A DNA stretch of 64,000 nt from Ignavibacteriota bacterium (GTDB lineage Bacteria > Bacteroidota > Ignavibacteria > UBA10030 > UBA6906): contig CAWDEM010000008.1 in the NCBI GenBank assembly GCA_963801355.1, forward strand, positions 1,920,001 through 1,984,000, read 5' to 3'. Both the position numbers and the translations under genes were made by a program. Within the stretch, counting starts at the first letter, position 1. Each line of letters opens with the position of its first letter. This document shows positions 1 to 10,586 of the stretch, piece after piece. The notes under the pieces were generated by a model, which made no database searches, was not told the origin of the DNA, and saw nothing but the letters and a program-made list of their open reading frames with translations.

Positions 1-26
1 AGAACGACAGTGAGACGTTCCATTGG

Positions 27-2606
27 CTACCGCACCACGATATTCACGAGTTTGTTTCTCACCACGATGATCTTGACGACCTGTTTACCCTCGGTATATT
101 TCCGGACACCCGCGTCCGCGGCGGCGAGTTTCTTCAGTTCCTCCTCCTGGGCCGTTGCCGGAACAGCAATCTTGCCGCGGAGCTTGCCGTTGACCTGGAG
201 GACCACCTCGACGGTATCGCTGTGAATCCGCGCCGGGTCATAGGAAGGCCAGGGTGCGTACGTCAGGCTCTCTGCATGCCCCAGTTTCTGCCAGAGCTCT
301 TCCGCCACGTGCGGTGCAAACGGCGCAAGGAGAAGAAGGAAGGGCTCCAGCACCGCCCGCGGACGGAGGTCCGCCTTCATCACTTCGTTCACAAAGATCA
401 TGCACTGGGAGATTACCGTGTTGAAGCGGAGAGCCTCAATGTCATCCCCCACCTTCTTCACCGTTGCGTGGTACACCCGCTCAAGTTCAGGTGTGGGCGT
501 GTCCGAGTTCAACCGGGGGTCCGTGTTGCCCTGTTCGTCGACGTACAGCCGCCAGACACGGTTCAGAAAACGGAAGACCCCGTCAACTCCCCTCGTGTTC
601 CAGGGCTTCATCTCTTCAAGGGGTCCCATGAACATCTCGAACAGCCGCATCGCATCGGCCCCGTATTCCTTCACGACGTCGTCAGGGTTCACGACGTTGC
701 CCCTGGACTTCGACATCTTCCGGGAATCCTCGCCCAGGATGATCCCCTGATGGCGAAGTTTCACGAAGGGCTCCCTGGTGCTCACATGCCCGAGATCGAA
801 CAGCACCTTGTGCCAGAAGCGGGCGTACATCAGGTGCAGGACGGCATGCTCCGACCCGCCGAGATAGAAATCGACGGGCATCCAGTAGCGTTCCAGCGCC
901 GGATCACAGAACGCCCGGGCGTTGGACGGGTCAATGTACCGGAGATAGTACCAGCACGAGCCCGCCCATTGGGGCATCGTATTTGTTTCGCGACGTCCTT
1001 TCAGTCCCGTCACAGGATCAACGACAGCGATCCACTCGGTCGCCAGTGCCAGAGGAGATTCCGTCGTACCGCTCGGCTGGAACTTCGTGAGGTCCGGAAG
1101 GAGAAGCGGCAGTTCATCATCCGCCAGGGGTTGCATCGTGCCATCTTCGAAGTGAACGATGGGGATCGGCTCGCCCCAGTATCGCTGCCGCGAAAAGAGC
1201 CAGTCCCGCAGTTTGAATTGTACCACCGGAGTTCCCAGGCCCCGCTTCTCCAACCAGGCGATGATGCGTGATTTTGCCTCGGGCGTTGTCAGGCCGTTCA
1301 GCGACACCTCACTATTGGCGGAATGCACCGCCACCCCGTCGCCGGTATAGGGCTCCTGCAGCACATTTCCTCCGCTGACGACTTCCACAATCGGCAATGC
1401 ATATCTGCGGGCAAACGCATAGTCCCTTTCGTCGTGCCCGGGCACCGCCATGATCGCACCGGTGCCGTATCCCATCAGCACATAGTCGGCAATCCACACA
1501 GGGATCTGAGCTCCGGTGGCCGGATTCACCGCCATGCCCCCCGTAAAAACGCCGGTTTTGTTTTGTTCGACATCCCGCTCGCGCTCGCTTTTGCGGCGGG
1601 CCTGTTCACGGTACGCTTCCACCTGTGCGCGCAGCTCCGGCGTTGTCAATGCATCCACAAGAGGATGCTCCGGCGAAAGCACCATGTACGTCGCCCCGAA
1701 GACCGTATCCGGTCGCGTGGTGAACACACGGAAGTATCCCGTCTGTCCTGCGATCGGAAAATCCATCATCGCGCCCTCCGACCGCCCGATCCAGTTCCGC
1801 TGCTGTTCGAGCGTGGATGCAGGCCAGTCAAGGTCCCGGACATCGTTCAGCAGCCGTTCCGCATAGGCGGTAATCCGCATCATCCATTGTCTCATGGGGC
1901 GGCGTTCAACGCTGTAGCCCTTGTCGACCCACTCGTCCACTTCTTCATTGGCCAGGACTGTGCCGAGCCCCTCGCACCAGTTGACAGGAATTTCCGCGAT
2001 GTAGGCGAGCCTGTAGCGTGCAAGGACGTCCTGTTGCTGTTTTCGCGTCATGCGTTGCCACTCTTCGGACGAAAACGGGACGTCTTCGGCGAGGCCTGCG
2101 GACCCCCGGGAGGCGAAGCGGTCGATGAGGGTCTGGATGGGACGGGCTTTATCAGCCTCCTGATCATACCAGGAGTTGTAGATCTGCAGGAAAATCCATT
2201 GTGTCCATTTGTAGTAGGCGGGATCTGTGGTATCCACTTCCCGTGCCCAGTCGTAGCTCAGCCCCAGCATCTTGATCTGCCGCCTGAACGTCGCGATGTT
2301 CTGCTCCGTCGTCGTGCGCGGATGAATGTTGGTCTGCATAGCGTACCGTTCCGCCGGAAGGCCGAACGCGTCCCACCCCATGGGATGCAGCACGTGGAAA
2401 CCACGCATCCTCTGGAAACGTGCAACGATATCCGTGGCGGTGTATCCCTCCGGATGGCCGACGTGCAGGCCTGCCCCCGAGGGGTAGGGATACATGTCGA
2501 GGATGTAGAGTTTGGGTTTCGAAGAAAGTGGATCCGTCCGGAATGTCTGCTGCTGGTCCCAGTACGCCTGCCACTTGGGTTCAATCGTCGCGAAGGGGTA
2601 CGCCAC
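27..2606 (-). CDS. leuS: Leucyl-tRNA synthetase
   Basis: 859 aa; class I aaRS motifs [14 protein letters not shown] (HIGH), TTRPDT editing domain, [20 protein letters not shown]; GTG start. Confidence 0.98.
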   Translation of the reverse strand: MAYPFATIEPKWQAYWDQQQTFRTDPLSSKPKLYILDMYPYPSGAGLHVGHPEGYTATDIVARFQRMRGFHVLHPMGWDAFGLPAERYAMQTNIHPRTTTEQNIATFRRQIKMLGLSYDWAREVDTTDPAYYKWTQWIFLQIYNSWYDQEADKARPIQTLIDRFASRGSAGLAEDVPFSSEEWQRMTRKQQQDVLARYRLAYIAEIPVNWCEGLGTVLANEEVDEWVDKGYSVERRPMRQWMMRITAYAERLLNDVRDLDWPASTLEQQRNWIGRSEGAMMDFPIAGQTGYFRVFTTRPDTVFGATYMVLSPEHPLVDALTTPELRAQVEAYREQARRKSERERDVEQNKTGVFTGGMAVNPATGAQIPVWIADYVLMGYGTGAIMAVPGHDERDYAFARRYALPIVEVVSGGNVLQEPYTGDGVAVHSANSEVSLNGLTTPEAKSRIIAWLEKRGLGTPVVQFKLRDWLFSRQRYWGEPIPIVHFEDGTMQPLADDELPLLLPDLTKFQPSGTTESPLALATEWIAVVDPVTGLKGRRETNTMPQWAGSCWYYLRYIDPSNARAFCDPALERYWMPVDFYLGGSEHAVLHLMYARFWHKVLFDLGHVSTREPFVKLRHQGIILGEDSRKMSKSRGNVVNPDDVVKEYGADAMRLFEMFMGPLEEMKPWNTRGVDGVFRFLNRVWRLYVDEQGNTDPRLNSDTPTPELERVYHATVKKVGDDIEALRFNTVISQCMIFVNEVMKADLRPRAVLEPFLLLLAPFAPHVAEELWQKLGHAESLTYAPWPSYDPARIHSDTVEVVLQVNGKLRGKIAVPATAQEEELKKLAAADAGVRKYTEGKQVVKIIVVRNKLVNIVVR

Positions 2607-3549
2607 TGCTGTCTTCCTTGGTGCTTGCTGTCGGTGGATGTTGGGTGACTTGCGATTCCTCGAGATACAGGCGTGCAGTCATGAGGCTGCCGAGCCGGAG
2701 GCGCTCACGGAGCTCATCGGCGGTGGCACCGTGGCGTGCCATCAGCACGGCCGCGGTGTGCCGGAGGGAGAACGGGGTGATGCGGCGGTCCGGGTGCTGT
2801 TTGAGTCCGGCGGTGACGAGTGAAGCATTGATACGGTCGCGCACACCGCGCGTGGTCATGCGCTGGCCCCGGGTGCGGTTGCCCGCACTTGCAAAGAGCG
2901 GCTCTGCCGCCTCCGGGTGCCCGCGAACCGAGAGATACTGGTCGAGGGCGGCCCGCGCCTCCGGCTGCAGCAGCACGCGCTCGTCCTTCTGCTTCCGCCC
3001 TTTCCCCTGCACCAGCATCCAATGTCCGCGGTCGTCATTCGTCAGATCGCGGATGTCGGCACGCACGAGCTCGATTTCCGACAGGCCGCATTGGAGCATG
3101 AGCAGCAGCATGGCATGATCTCTGATGCCGCGCTCGTCCGGTGTGTGCGCGCCCGCGAGCAGGATCCGCACCTCCTCCTCGCTCAGAAAGTCTCTCGAAT
3201 GGGACGCCGGCCGGCGGTTGCCCCCGACGTACCGTGCGGGATTATCCTCCAGGACCTTCCGGTCCACCAGGTAGGCACAGAAACGGCGCAGCGCGGTCAG
3301 GTATGTAGAGACCGACACTTCCGACAATTTTCTGCGGACGGCCAGGTAGTGTTTATACCGGCGCACATCTTTCACGCGGAAACGGAAGTGCGGATCGCGG
3401 GGGAACCACCGGAGGAATTCGCGGAGCGCCCGCGTGTAGGTACCGCGGGTTTCCGGCGTGTCGCGCTTGAGGCTGGCAACGAAACCGTCGAAATGCCGTG
3501 TCAGGGCACGCGTGGAGAGGCGGACCTGCTTGAATGTCGGATCGTTCAT
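2581..3549 (-). CDS. Tyrosine recombinase/XerC-D-like fold protein with degenerate active site
   Basis: N-terminal SAM-like core-binding region (T..TY..AL..F, SV.TYL.ALR.F) and catalytic-domain motifs RD.A.L.L...GL, V.GKG, SLRH, T..LY. Start moved from the ORF-track 3636 to ATG 3549 (MNDPTF), downstream of the previous stop and a predicted promoter. Overlaps the leuS start by 26 nt. Confidence 0.8.
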   Translation of the reverse strand: MNDPTFKQVRLSTRALTRHFDGFVASLKRDTPETRGTYTRALREFLRWFPRDPHFRFRVKDVRRYKHYLAVRRKLSEVSVSTYLTALRRFCAYLVDRKVLEDNPARYVGGNRRPASHSRDFLSEEEVRILLAGAHTPDERGIRDHAMLLLMLQCGLSEIELVRADIRDLTNDDRGHWMLVQGKGRKQKDERVLLQPEARAALDQYLSVRGHPEAAEPLFASAGNRTRGQRMTTRGVRDRINASLVTAGLKQHPDRRITPFSLRHTAAVLMARHGATADELRERLRLGSLMTARLYLEESQVTQHPPTASTKEDSSGVPLRDD

Positions 3550-3580
3550 GAATGCAGGATGAGAGAAAACGCAATAACAG

Positions 3581-3609
3581 AAGCTAACGAACTCCGGGGG
3601 AAGAAGCAA
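3581..3609 (-). promoter_or_regulatory. Putative sigma70-type promoter for recombinase-like gene and leuS
   Basis: Minus strand TTGCTT-17 nt-TAGCTT, about 30 nt upstream of ATG 3549. Confidence 0.45.
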
Positions 3610-5356
3610 GGGACTGCGAAGACTGCGGGCAGGCAACGATGCGGATGACCATCATCGTTATGTCATCGGATTGCGGCGCACCGGCGGCGTGCACCAGAAT
3701 GTCGCGGTGTATAGCGTCAAGCAGACCCTGCGCATCTGCGGATCCGGCTCCGGTGATCATCGCCTCCAGGCGTTCTTCTCCGTATTCCCGGCCCGAGCCG
3801 TTCATCGCTTCGCTCACTCCGTCCGTGAAGAGCACCAACCGGTCTCCGGCGCGCAGCGCCACCTCCCCTTCTTCATACGGTGTCGTTGTCTCCATGACGC
3901 CGAGAATCATTCCCCCTTTGTCCAGCCGCTCCAGAGAGCCACCCCCGCGGAGCACATAGGGATAGTTGTGCCCCGCATTCACATAGCGCAAAGTGCACTC
4001 GCGGTGGTCCAGCACTCCCCAGAAAAATGTCACAAACTTGTCGCCTCCGGTGTTCTGGCACATCAGGTCGTTCACGCGCCCGGTGAGTTCCCCGAGCGGC
4101 AGTTTCAGCGGCACCAGGGCGCGAATCGTCGCTTGCGTGTTCGCCATCAGCAGCGCTGCGGGGGTCCCTTTGCCCGACACGTCACCGATGGCAACAACGA
4201 AACGGTGGTCATCAAGCGGCACGACGTCGTAGTAGTCGCCTCCCACCTGCTTTGACGAAAAATTCGCCGCTGCAATATCGACCCCCTGCACGGTCGGGAG
4301 AACACTCGGCAGGAGCCCCTTCTGGATTTCCCGCGCGATCACCAACTCGTCTTCCATACGCTGCTTTTCAATCGCCTCTTTGAACAGGCGGGCGTTTTCC
4401 AGCGTGATGATTGCAAGGTTTCCGAGTGCAGAGAGGAACTCGAAGTCCGCGGGAGCGAACCGTTCGTGATTCAGCTTTTCGCCCAGCAGGATCACCCCCT
4501 GCACCTGCCCCTGCAGCGCCATGGGAACGATCGCACGGAGACCGAGGGACTCCAGAGTCGGACGCGGGTCGACCGCACCGGTCACAATCATCTCCGCAAT
4601 CGCGGTCGGCGTTTTCACTCTCGTCAGCAGGGCCAGCAATTCGGGCTGGGGTAGTGCACCGTCGACCCGCGACGCCGCGATCCGCATGTCACCCCCCTCC
4701 TTCAGGCACACCAGGTACCGGTGCACGCCCACCTGTCCCATAAGGGAAAACACCAGGAGCCGCACAAGCTTCTGGGGATCCAGAACGGCACCGAATTCCT
4801 TCCCCAGCTCAAACAGTGTGTTCAGTTCCTGGATTTTCCGGTCCAGGCGCCGGTTCACCTGTTTCAGCTCGGCGATGATATGGCATTTGGCGATGGCCGT
4901 GGCGGAGATGTTCGCCAGCGAACGGAGATACGTCGTTTCACGCATCGTGAGGCGTCGCGGCGTTCCGCGTCGCCCGAACGCAAGCATCCCGATGGGTCCG
5001 CTCCCGCTCCGGAGGGGCAGGACTATTTCCAACCCTTGCTCGCGGAGATATTTCACCCAGGGGTGACGCTGCGGATTGATGCGATCGACATACTGCATGC
5101 CACGGGGTAATGTGCGGATGGAGAGCGCACACTCCCGCCCCTCCGAAGGCACGCCTTTCACCATCTCGCACCGGTACGTGCCATCGTCATGGCGCAGGAT
5201 AGCCGCACCACGGCTCGACATCAATTTCCCCATGAGGGTCAGCAAGATATGGCTGAGAATGAACCGGAGATCGAGGGATGAATTGATGACCGTGCTGAAT
5301 TCGAAGAGTGCGGAGTGTTCGAAATGGCTTTCGTACGTCGGGGTTGGCGGGGCCAT
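3584..5356 (-). CDS. GAF-GAF-SpoIIE (RsbU-like PP2C) phosphatase
   Basis: Two GAF-like regions with coiled-coil linkers, then GGDYYD, GDVSGKG, VNAGH, FTDGVSE, DDIT PP2C motifs. Confidence 0.93.
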   Translation of the reverse strand: MAPPTPTYESHFEHSALFEFSTVINSSLDLRFILSHILLTLMGKLMSSRGAAILRHDDGTYRCEMVKGVPSEGRECALSIRTLPRGMQYVDRINPQRHPWVKYLREQGLEIVLPLRSGSGPIGMLAFGRRGTPRRLTMRETTYLRSLANISATAIAKCHIIAELKQVNRRLDRKIQELNTLFELGKEFGAVLDPQKLVRLLVFSLMGQVGVHRYLVCLKEGGDMRIAASRVDGALPQPELLALLTRVKTPTAIAEMIVTGAVDPRPTLESLGLRAIVPMALQGQVQGVILLGEKLNHERFAPADFEFLSALGNLAIITLENARLFKEAIEKQRMEDELVIAREIQKGLLPSVLPTVQGVDIAAANFSSKQVGGDYYDVVPLDDHRFVVAIGDVSGKGTPAALLMANTQATIRALVPLKLPLGELTGRVNDLMCQNTGGDKFVTFFWGVLDHRECTLRYVNAGHNYPYVLRGGGSLERLDKGGMILGVMETTTPYEEGEVALRAGDRLVLFTDGVSEAMNGSGREYGEERLEAMITGAGSADAQGLLDAIHRDILVHAAGAPQSDDITMMVIRIVACPQSSQSLASSPGVR

Positions 5357-5357
5357 G

Positions 5358-5783
5358 TCAGCGGGCGAGGAGCTTGGTCAGGTGTACTTCGTTGTGTCTG
5401 CCCGGGACGATCTTGTATTCGACCTTATCCATCAGGGACTTCATCAGATAGACCCCCAATCCGCCATGGCGGTAGTGTGTGAGGTATTCTTTCATATCGG
5501 GCGACTGGATCCGGGAGGGATCGAAACCGATGCCGGAGTCGGTGATAACGATTTCCAATCCGCCGGTCTTGTTCTTCACCGTCACCGTGATTTCTTTGGA
5601 GGGATCAAATTTATAGGCATGCTTGATGATGTTCGTGCAGGCTTCATCCACTGCGAGGGCGATTTTGCTCACCTCATCATCCGGGAACCCGCATTCCCGC
5701 GCTGCCGCCGAAACGAATTCGCGGACAGCGACGAGGCGTTCGGTGCGACTTTCAATATGGATGGTGCGCTTTCCCACGCTCAT
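5358..5783 (-). CDS. RsbW-like anti-sigma factor / Ser kinase (HATPase_c_2)
   Basis: LAVDEACTNIIKHAY, ITDSG.GF, GGLGVYLM motifs; overlaps the STAS gene stop. Confidence 0.92.
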   Translation of the reverse strand: MSVGKRTIHIESRTERLVAVREFVSAAARECGFPDDEVSKIALAVDEACTNIIKHAYKFDPSKEITVTVKNKTGGLEIVITDSGIGFDPSRIQSPDMKEYLTHYRHGGLGVYLMKSLMDKVEYKIVPGRHNEVHLTKLLAR

Positions 5784-6133
5784 TTTGCCGCGAGAAATTT
5801 CTGCACCGCGTCCTGCTCGTCTTTGGTGATCTCATACAGGAGGGGAAAACCGAGGAGATCGAAAACGTTGAACACCTTCGCCGACATATTGGAGAGCTTG
5901 ATATCGCCTTTGTTCTTCCGGACATCCTCGATGTAGGCCATGAAGACGCCCAAGCCGGCGCTGCTGATGTAGGAGAGGTCTTTGCAGTTGACGACAATGT
6001 TATAGCGCTGGTTCCTGAGAAGCGTCTGGAATGCCTCCTCCAGGGTGGGAGCAGTATGCGCGTCCAGATATCCCTTCAATTCAAGGATATGGACGGTGTC
6101 GTGTTCCCGTTGCGCGATTTTGAACTCACTCAT
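5780..6133 (-). CDS. RsbV/SpoIIAA-like anti-anti-sigma factor (STAS)
   Basis: 117 aa; LKGYLDAHT and DLSYISSAGLG (phosphoacceptor Ser motif). Confidence 0.94.
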   Translation of the reverse strand: MSEFKIAQREHDTVHILELKGYLDAHTAPTLEEAFQTLLRNQRYNIVVNCKDLSYISSAGLGVFMAYIEDVRKNKGDIKLSNMSAKVFNVFDLLGFPLLYEITKDEQDAVQKFLAAK

Positions 6134-6172
6134 GAAAGCGTCCTCCCAGATGCAGAGCCAACGTGACAGACG

Positions 6173-8275
6173 TTACGCGGGGCCGATCCAGCGCAGCACC
6201 ACGAGGGTCAGATCGTCGTGTGGAGCGCCATGATCGATGAATGTATCCACGGATTGCAGCACTTCCTGTTTGATGTCGGCGGCGGTCCGGCTGCGTAACT
6301 GGCGTGTGATACTGAGCAGCCGCTCGTAGCCGAACTCTTCTCCGTTCTGGTGCGCTTCCGTGACACCGTCGGTATAGAACAAACACACGTCTCCCGGATA
6401 CAGCTGAAGGGACTGTTCCTCGATTGCTCCGGCGAACAGTGCCCCTTCACCCAACCCCAGACCCATGCCGTCAGGTCTGACATAGTCGGCACTCGACACA
6501 CTCGCATACAGCATCGGACAATGTCCGGCACGCGCAAGCGTCAAGAGTCCGGTCCCGAGATCCAGGATTGCGTAAATTAAGCTAACGAATGAGTGTTTGT
6601 CAATAGACCCCGCGAGGACCTTATTGGCCTCTATCATAAAGTCACGCGGCGAGTCGTACTGGGCGCCCAGCGACAGAAAGATCCCCTTCACTTCAGACAT
6701 GTAGAACGCTGCAGGCACTCCCTTGCCGGAGACGTCCCCGACGATGATGCCGAGCCGGTTGCCGGGCAGATCGATGAAATCATAATAGTCCCCTCCCACT
6801 TCGAACGCGGGGGTCGACACCGCATCGAGATCGATGGAGGGATGGGCCGGTAGCACCTGTGGCAGCAGCTTTCTCTGCATCTCCTGCGCGAGTGTCATCT
6901 CCCGGACCAGCCGCTCGCGTTCAATCGATTTCTTGATCAGGCGTGAGTTTTCGATCGCCACGGTCGCCTGGTCGGCGAACGTCGAGATCACATCGATATC
7001 ATCCTTCACGAAACCGAATTCGGTGGACTTCGTCACATACAGAAATCCGAGTGGTCCGACATGGGACACGAGGGGCACGACGACCAGAGAAGCGATCGTG
7101 CCGGACGCAACACGTTGTTGTCCCAGGCGGGGATCACCGGCAAGCGCGTCAATCACCAGCGGTTTCCGGTCGGCCAGCACGCGTGCACGGAGCACACCCA
7201 ATCCTGCCGCGTGGAGGTCTTCAACCTCCCGGGCGGAAATATTTTGCAGGGAGACAATATTCACCAGCAATGACCCGGTACGGACCACGCCGGTCTCCCC
7301 TCCGTCGTCCAGGGAGATGATTTCCAGCCAGCAGCTCTGTGCTTCGCACACCTGCAACGTCATCGCAGTCACCGTCTCCACGAGCTCATTGAAATCAAAT
7401 ACCTGGGTCACAAGCTTACTGAGTGTGTGGATTGACGACACTTCCGAACGCTTCCGGTCGAATGCATCCGCCGTCGGCAAATGGAAGAGCGTACTCACAA
7501 ACGCCATCCCGAAATAGATGTTGCTGAAGAGGAGCGAGAGGGCGACAAATTTCTGCAGGGCCGGTGAGTAATAACTGACCCCCTGGGACAGCAGGGTGTT
7601 CTGACTCAGGATTACATTCAACGTCGTCAGAAACGCGAACAGAAAGAACGCATACACAAGGGAGAGCACTTTCTCCCGTCTGGTCAGGTAGACGATCCAG
7701 GGAAGGCGGAAGGCATTCACGACTCCGGCAGCGATGGCGAGACCATAGAGAATGGAGGTCACGACGCTCGAATCCAGCGGCCGCATTGCGAGCGTCGACA
7801 GCGCAGTAATCAGGATGAGGAACACCAGGACACGGAAATTACGAAGCGTCCACTTCCTCCGGTACTGGAGGACGAGGTCGCGGATCAGCCTCAGGTTCAG
7901 GACGGCAAAGAAACCGACGAGAATACTGACTACCGACGAGAGAAACAGGGTGGCAAAATCCTGCGGCGTCAGCGTGAGATCTTTGGCTTCGAATCCCCTG
8001 GCTGACAGTGAGGAAATCAGCAACACCAGCGTGAGCACCAGAATTGCCCCGATGAGCAGCACGCCGAGCCGCCGGACGGGATGCGGCGTCTGTGCCGGAA
8101 GACTGAGGTCGAGCGCCCGGAAAAGGAGCAAGAACGCACCGGCCGTCACCAGCTCGCGGATGAAGGGCACGCCCGCCAGATCCAACGACACACTCATCAT
8201 GATCACGTCGAAGGCGAACTTCAACGTAAACAGAAAGAGCGCGGCAAAGACGAGCAGGAATGGTCGTAGCTTCAT
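6173..8275 (-). CDS. Multi-pass membrane GAF-SpoIIE phosphatase
   Basis: About 260-aa hydrophobic N-terminus (roughly 8 TM), a GAF region, then GGDYYD, GDVSGKG, RAGH, YTDGVTE, DDLT. Confidence 0.92.
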   Translation of the reverse strand: MKLRPFLLVFAALFLFTLKFAFDVIMMSVSLDLAGVPFIRELVTAGAFLLLFRALDLSLPAQTPHPVRRLGVLLIGAILVLTLVLLISSLSARGFEAKDLTLTPQDFATLFLSSVVSILVGFFAVLNLRLIRDLVLQYRRKWTLRNFRVLVFLILITALSTLAMRPLDSSVVTSILYGLAIAAGVVNAFRLPWIVYLTRREKVLSLVYAFFLFAFLTTLNVILSQNTLLSQGVSYYSPALQKFVALSLLFSNIYFGMAFVSTLFHLPTADAFDRKRSEVSSIHTLSKLVTQVFDFNELVETVTAMTLQVCEAQSCWLEIISLDDGGETGVVRTGSLLVNIVSLQNISAREVEDLHAAGLGVLRARVLADRKPLVIDALAGDPRLGQQRVASGTIASLVVVPLVSHVGPLGFLYVTKSTEFGFVKDDIDVISTFADQATVAIENSRLIKKSIERERLVREMTLAQEMQRKLLPQVLPAHPSIDLDAVSTPAFEVGGDYYDFIDLPGNRLGIIVGDVSGKGVPAAFYMSEVKGIFLSLGAQYDSPRDFMIEANKVLAGSIDKHSFVSLIYAILDLGTGLLTLARAGHCPMLYASVSSADYVRPDGMGLGLGEGALFAGAIEEQSLQLYPGDVCLFYTDGVTEAHQNGEEFGYERLLSITRQLRSRTAADIKQEVLQSVDTFIDHGAPHDDLTLVVLRWIGPA

Positions 8276-8278
8276 GCG

Positions 8279-9628
8279 TCACACTTTCATATGAAGCCAT
8301 GCCTTTGATCGGTATTTCAGGTAGACCGCAACGGAGTAGGAGATGATATAAACGGGCAGCGCCAGCCAGGCACCGACAATTCCCCACCCCAGGATGACTC
8401 CCAGCACATAGCAGACTGGCAGGAATATCACCCAATGTGTGAGCACTTCCACCAGCATCACGTACACCGTTGCTCCGGCAGCCTGCAGAGCGTGGGCGAG
8501 AACGATGCCGGAGGCATAGAAAATCTGTGCGGCGCCCGCGATCTGGAGGATCGGTCTGGCAGTGGCGGCCACCTCGGCGTTATTCGTAATGACACTGATG
8601 ACGGTTTCCGGCAGGAGAATGAACAACGCACCCAGGCACACGGTGAAGTATGTGGCCAACCGCGCGGTTTCCATTCCATACCGGTACGCCAACTTGGGCT
8701 GTCCATTTCCCATGCTCTGCCCCACCAGTGTCTGTGCGCCCGTCCCGAACCCGAAGCAGGGAAGAAACGATAGGAAAAGAGCAGTAATCACCACCTGCGA
8801 CGCCGCTTGTTCGGTTGTCCCGATGACGCCGTTGATGGAAGCAAAAACCAGGAAACCGAGGAGAATGAGAATATTCTGAAACGACACCGGCAGGGAGATT
8901 TTCACGATTTGCCGGATGACACCCTCGCGAATTCGCAAGCCGGAGTAATATTTATAGGTTTTTCGATAAAACGGCGTGAAAGTTGCAGCAACGAAATACA
9001 GGCAACCAAAGCAATTGCTGACTGCAGAGGAGAGTCCCGCGCCGGTCAACCCCATCGCCTGAACCCCGAAAGCGCCGAAGATGAAAATGTAGTTGAGAAT
9101 AATATTGGAAACGTTGATGATGATCGCCGAATACATAAAGATCTTCGTATGTCCGATGCCGTTGAAGAACCCCCGGTAGGAGACAACGAAGAGGAAGAAG
9201 ACGAGTCCGAGAAACCGCCACTGCATGTACCCCGTGCCGGCTACGGCGACTTCGCGACTGGCGGAGAAGAAATTGAGTATATCACCTGCGAAGAGGACGC
9301 CGGGAAGCCCGAACAGGATGCCGATGCACAGGGAAAGGAGGAGGGAATTATTCAGTACATCGCCCGCTCCGGTGAGATCCTTCTGTCCGGAACGGCGTGC
9401 AGTGAGAACGTGGGTGCCGGTAGCAAGACTGGAGAACGCACTCGTGATGGCCCAGGTCGCAAGAAGCCCGAGGCTCATGGCGGCGAGAACGACTTTGGTG
9501 TTTTCCAGGCGTCCCACCATGGCCGTCTCCACGACTGAGACGATCATTTGCGACGAGAGGCCCGCAACAGCGGGCGTGGTGATCCGAAGGACGTCGCGGG
9601 TAAGCGCTTTATCCGGTAACAGTCCCAT
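8279..9628 (-). CDS. MATE family efflux transporter
   Basis: 449 aa, about 12 TM; NIILNYIFIFG....MGL.GAG, LVGQSMG, LG..GAW MATE motifs. Confidence 0.92.
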   Translation of the reverse strand: MGLLPDKALTRDVLRITTPAVAGLSSQMIVSVVETAMVGRLENTKVVLAAMSLGLLATWAITSAFSSLATGTHVLTARRSGQKDLTGAGDVLNNSLLLSLCIGILFGLPGVLFAGDILNFFSASREVAVAGTGYMQWRFLGLVFFLFVVSYRGFFNGIGHTKIFMYSAIIINVSNIILNYIFIFGAFGVQAMGLTGAGLSSAVSNCFGCLYFVAATFTPFYRKTYKYYSGLRIREGVIRQIVKISLPVSFQNILILLGFLVFASINGVIGTTEQAASQVVITALFLSFLPCFGFGTGAQTLVGQSMGNGQPKLAYRYGMETARLATYFTVCLGALFILLPETVISVITNNAEVAATARPILQIAGAAQIFYASGIVLAHALQAAGATVYVMLVEVLTHWVIFLPVCYVLGVILGWGIVGAWLALPVYIISYSVAVYLKYRSKAWLHMKV

Positions 9629-9670
9629 GTACTTTCGCCTTCGGTCCCGGAAATGCGCCGCTGTGTGGCG

Positions 9671-10361
9671 CTACACGGAGAACTGTGTAATGTATCGGTC
9701 AGCTTCTCGGCCGGCAGCCGTCGTCGGGTAGTTCTTCTTGATGCGTTTCAGGAGATCGACTGCCTTGCTCTTGTTGCCGGCCAGTGCGTAGTTGCGTGCG
9801 GCACTGTTCAGGTGCTCCGAAATCGTATCGTCCGTCGCGTCCTTGTCCGCCGCGCTCTCGAAATTCCCGGCCGCGTCTTCGTACTTCCCCATCGCTTCAT
9901 AACACGCTGCAATACCTGCGTAACGCGATGCTTTCAGAAGCGCATTGGACGGACTGCAGTCTTTGAACGCTTCGAGCGCTTCCTGGTACTTCCCGGTCTG
10001 GTAGTAGGCATCTGCGAGATAGAACCGCGCCATGATCACCAGCGGGTGTGCTGCCGTAATCTTCCACAATCTGCTTGAGCCCGACGAGATTGCGGTCCGG
10101 CACGCCGTCGATCGCCATCTGATACTGCCCGTTGTCCGAGAACTGGTTGATTGCGGCAAGCTTTGCAGTCGCTAAATCGTTGTTCTTAGCACGATTACTC
10201 AGGAAAATCATTGTTGCGGCAACCACGACGATCACCGCGGTAACACCGATACTGATCTGTTTCTTGTACTGATCGTAGAACCTGGTCACCTTCATATAGG
10301 TGGTGATCAGGGTATCCTGTTTCAGTTCTTTTTTCGATATCTTTTTCTTGGGTTTGAGCAT
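9671..10361 (-). CDS. Membrane-anchored TPR protein (YfgM-like), split by an apparent +1 frameshift near 10033
   Basis: ORF 9897..10361 gives a basic N-terminus, one TM and ...YGSTPAGD; ORF 9671..10159 continues with ARFYLADAYY... TPR helices. Removing one base joins them. Confidence 0.8.
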
Positions 10362-10417
10362 GGTCTTGGACTTCCTACGCTACTCTGATGGCTGCGGATG
10401 GTTACGCTTTATACTCG

Positions 10418-10491
10418 TGCGCCTGTCGGGAGTCGAACCCGAAACCTTTGGCTCCGGAGGCCAACACTCTATCCAATTGAGCTACAGGCGC
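10418..10491 (-). tRNA. tRNA-Arg (anticodon CCG)
   Basis: GCGCCTGTAGCTCAATTGGATAGAGTGTTGGCCTCCGGAGCCAAAGGTTTCGGGTTCGACTCCCGACAGGCGCA folds as a cloverleaf with a TTCGA T-loop; CCA not encoded. Confidence 0.97.
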
Positions 10492-10534
10492 GGGGTGGAT
10501 TACGCCGAAATAAGCCTAAATTTCGCTGAAATAT

Positions 10535-10563
10535 AAGATAAGAAACAGCCTGAATGGATGCAA
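10535..10563 (-). promoter_or_regulatory. Putative sigma70 promoter of tRNA-Arg
   Basis: Minus strand TTGCAT-17 nt-TATCTT, about 45 nt upstream of the tRNA. Confidence 0.5.
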
Positions 10564-10586
10564 GCGATCACTGTGCAAGCGATCAC
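10559..10586. repeat. 13-bp direct repeat TGCAAGCGATCAC x2
   Basis: Copies at 10559-10571 and 10574-10586. Confidence 0.8.

Noticed and set aside
222-2648. Long plus-strand ORFs (349 and 441 aa) opposite leuS
   Set aside because: Antisense shadows of a GC-rich gene with no recognisable motifs.
2581-10491. Genomic island integrated at tRNA-Arg with the recombinase at the far end
   Set aside because: No duplicate of the tRNA 3' end was found near the recombinase or leuS, the enclosed genes look housekeeping, the recombinase lacks catalytic residues, and it overlaps leuS.
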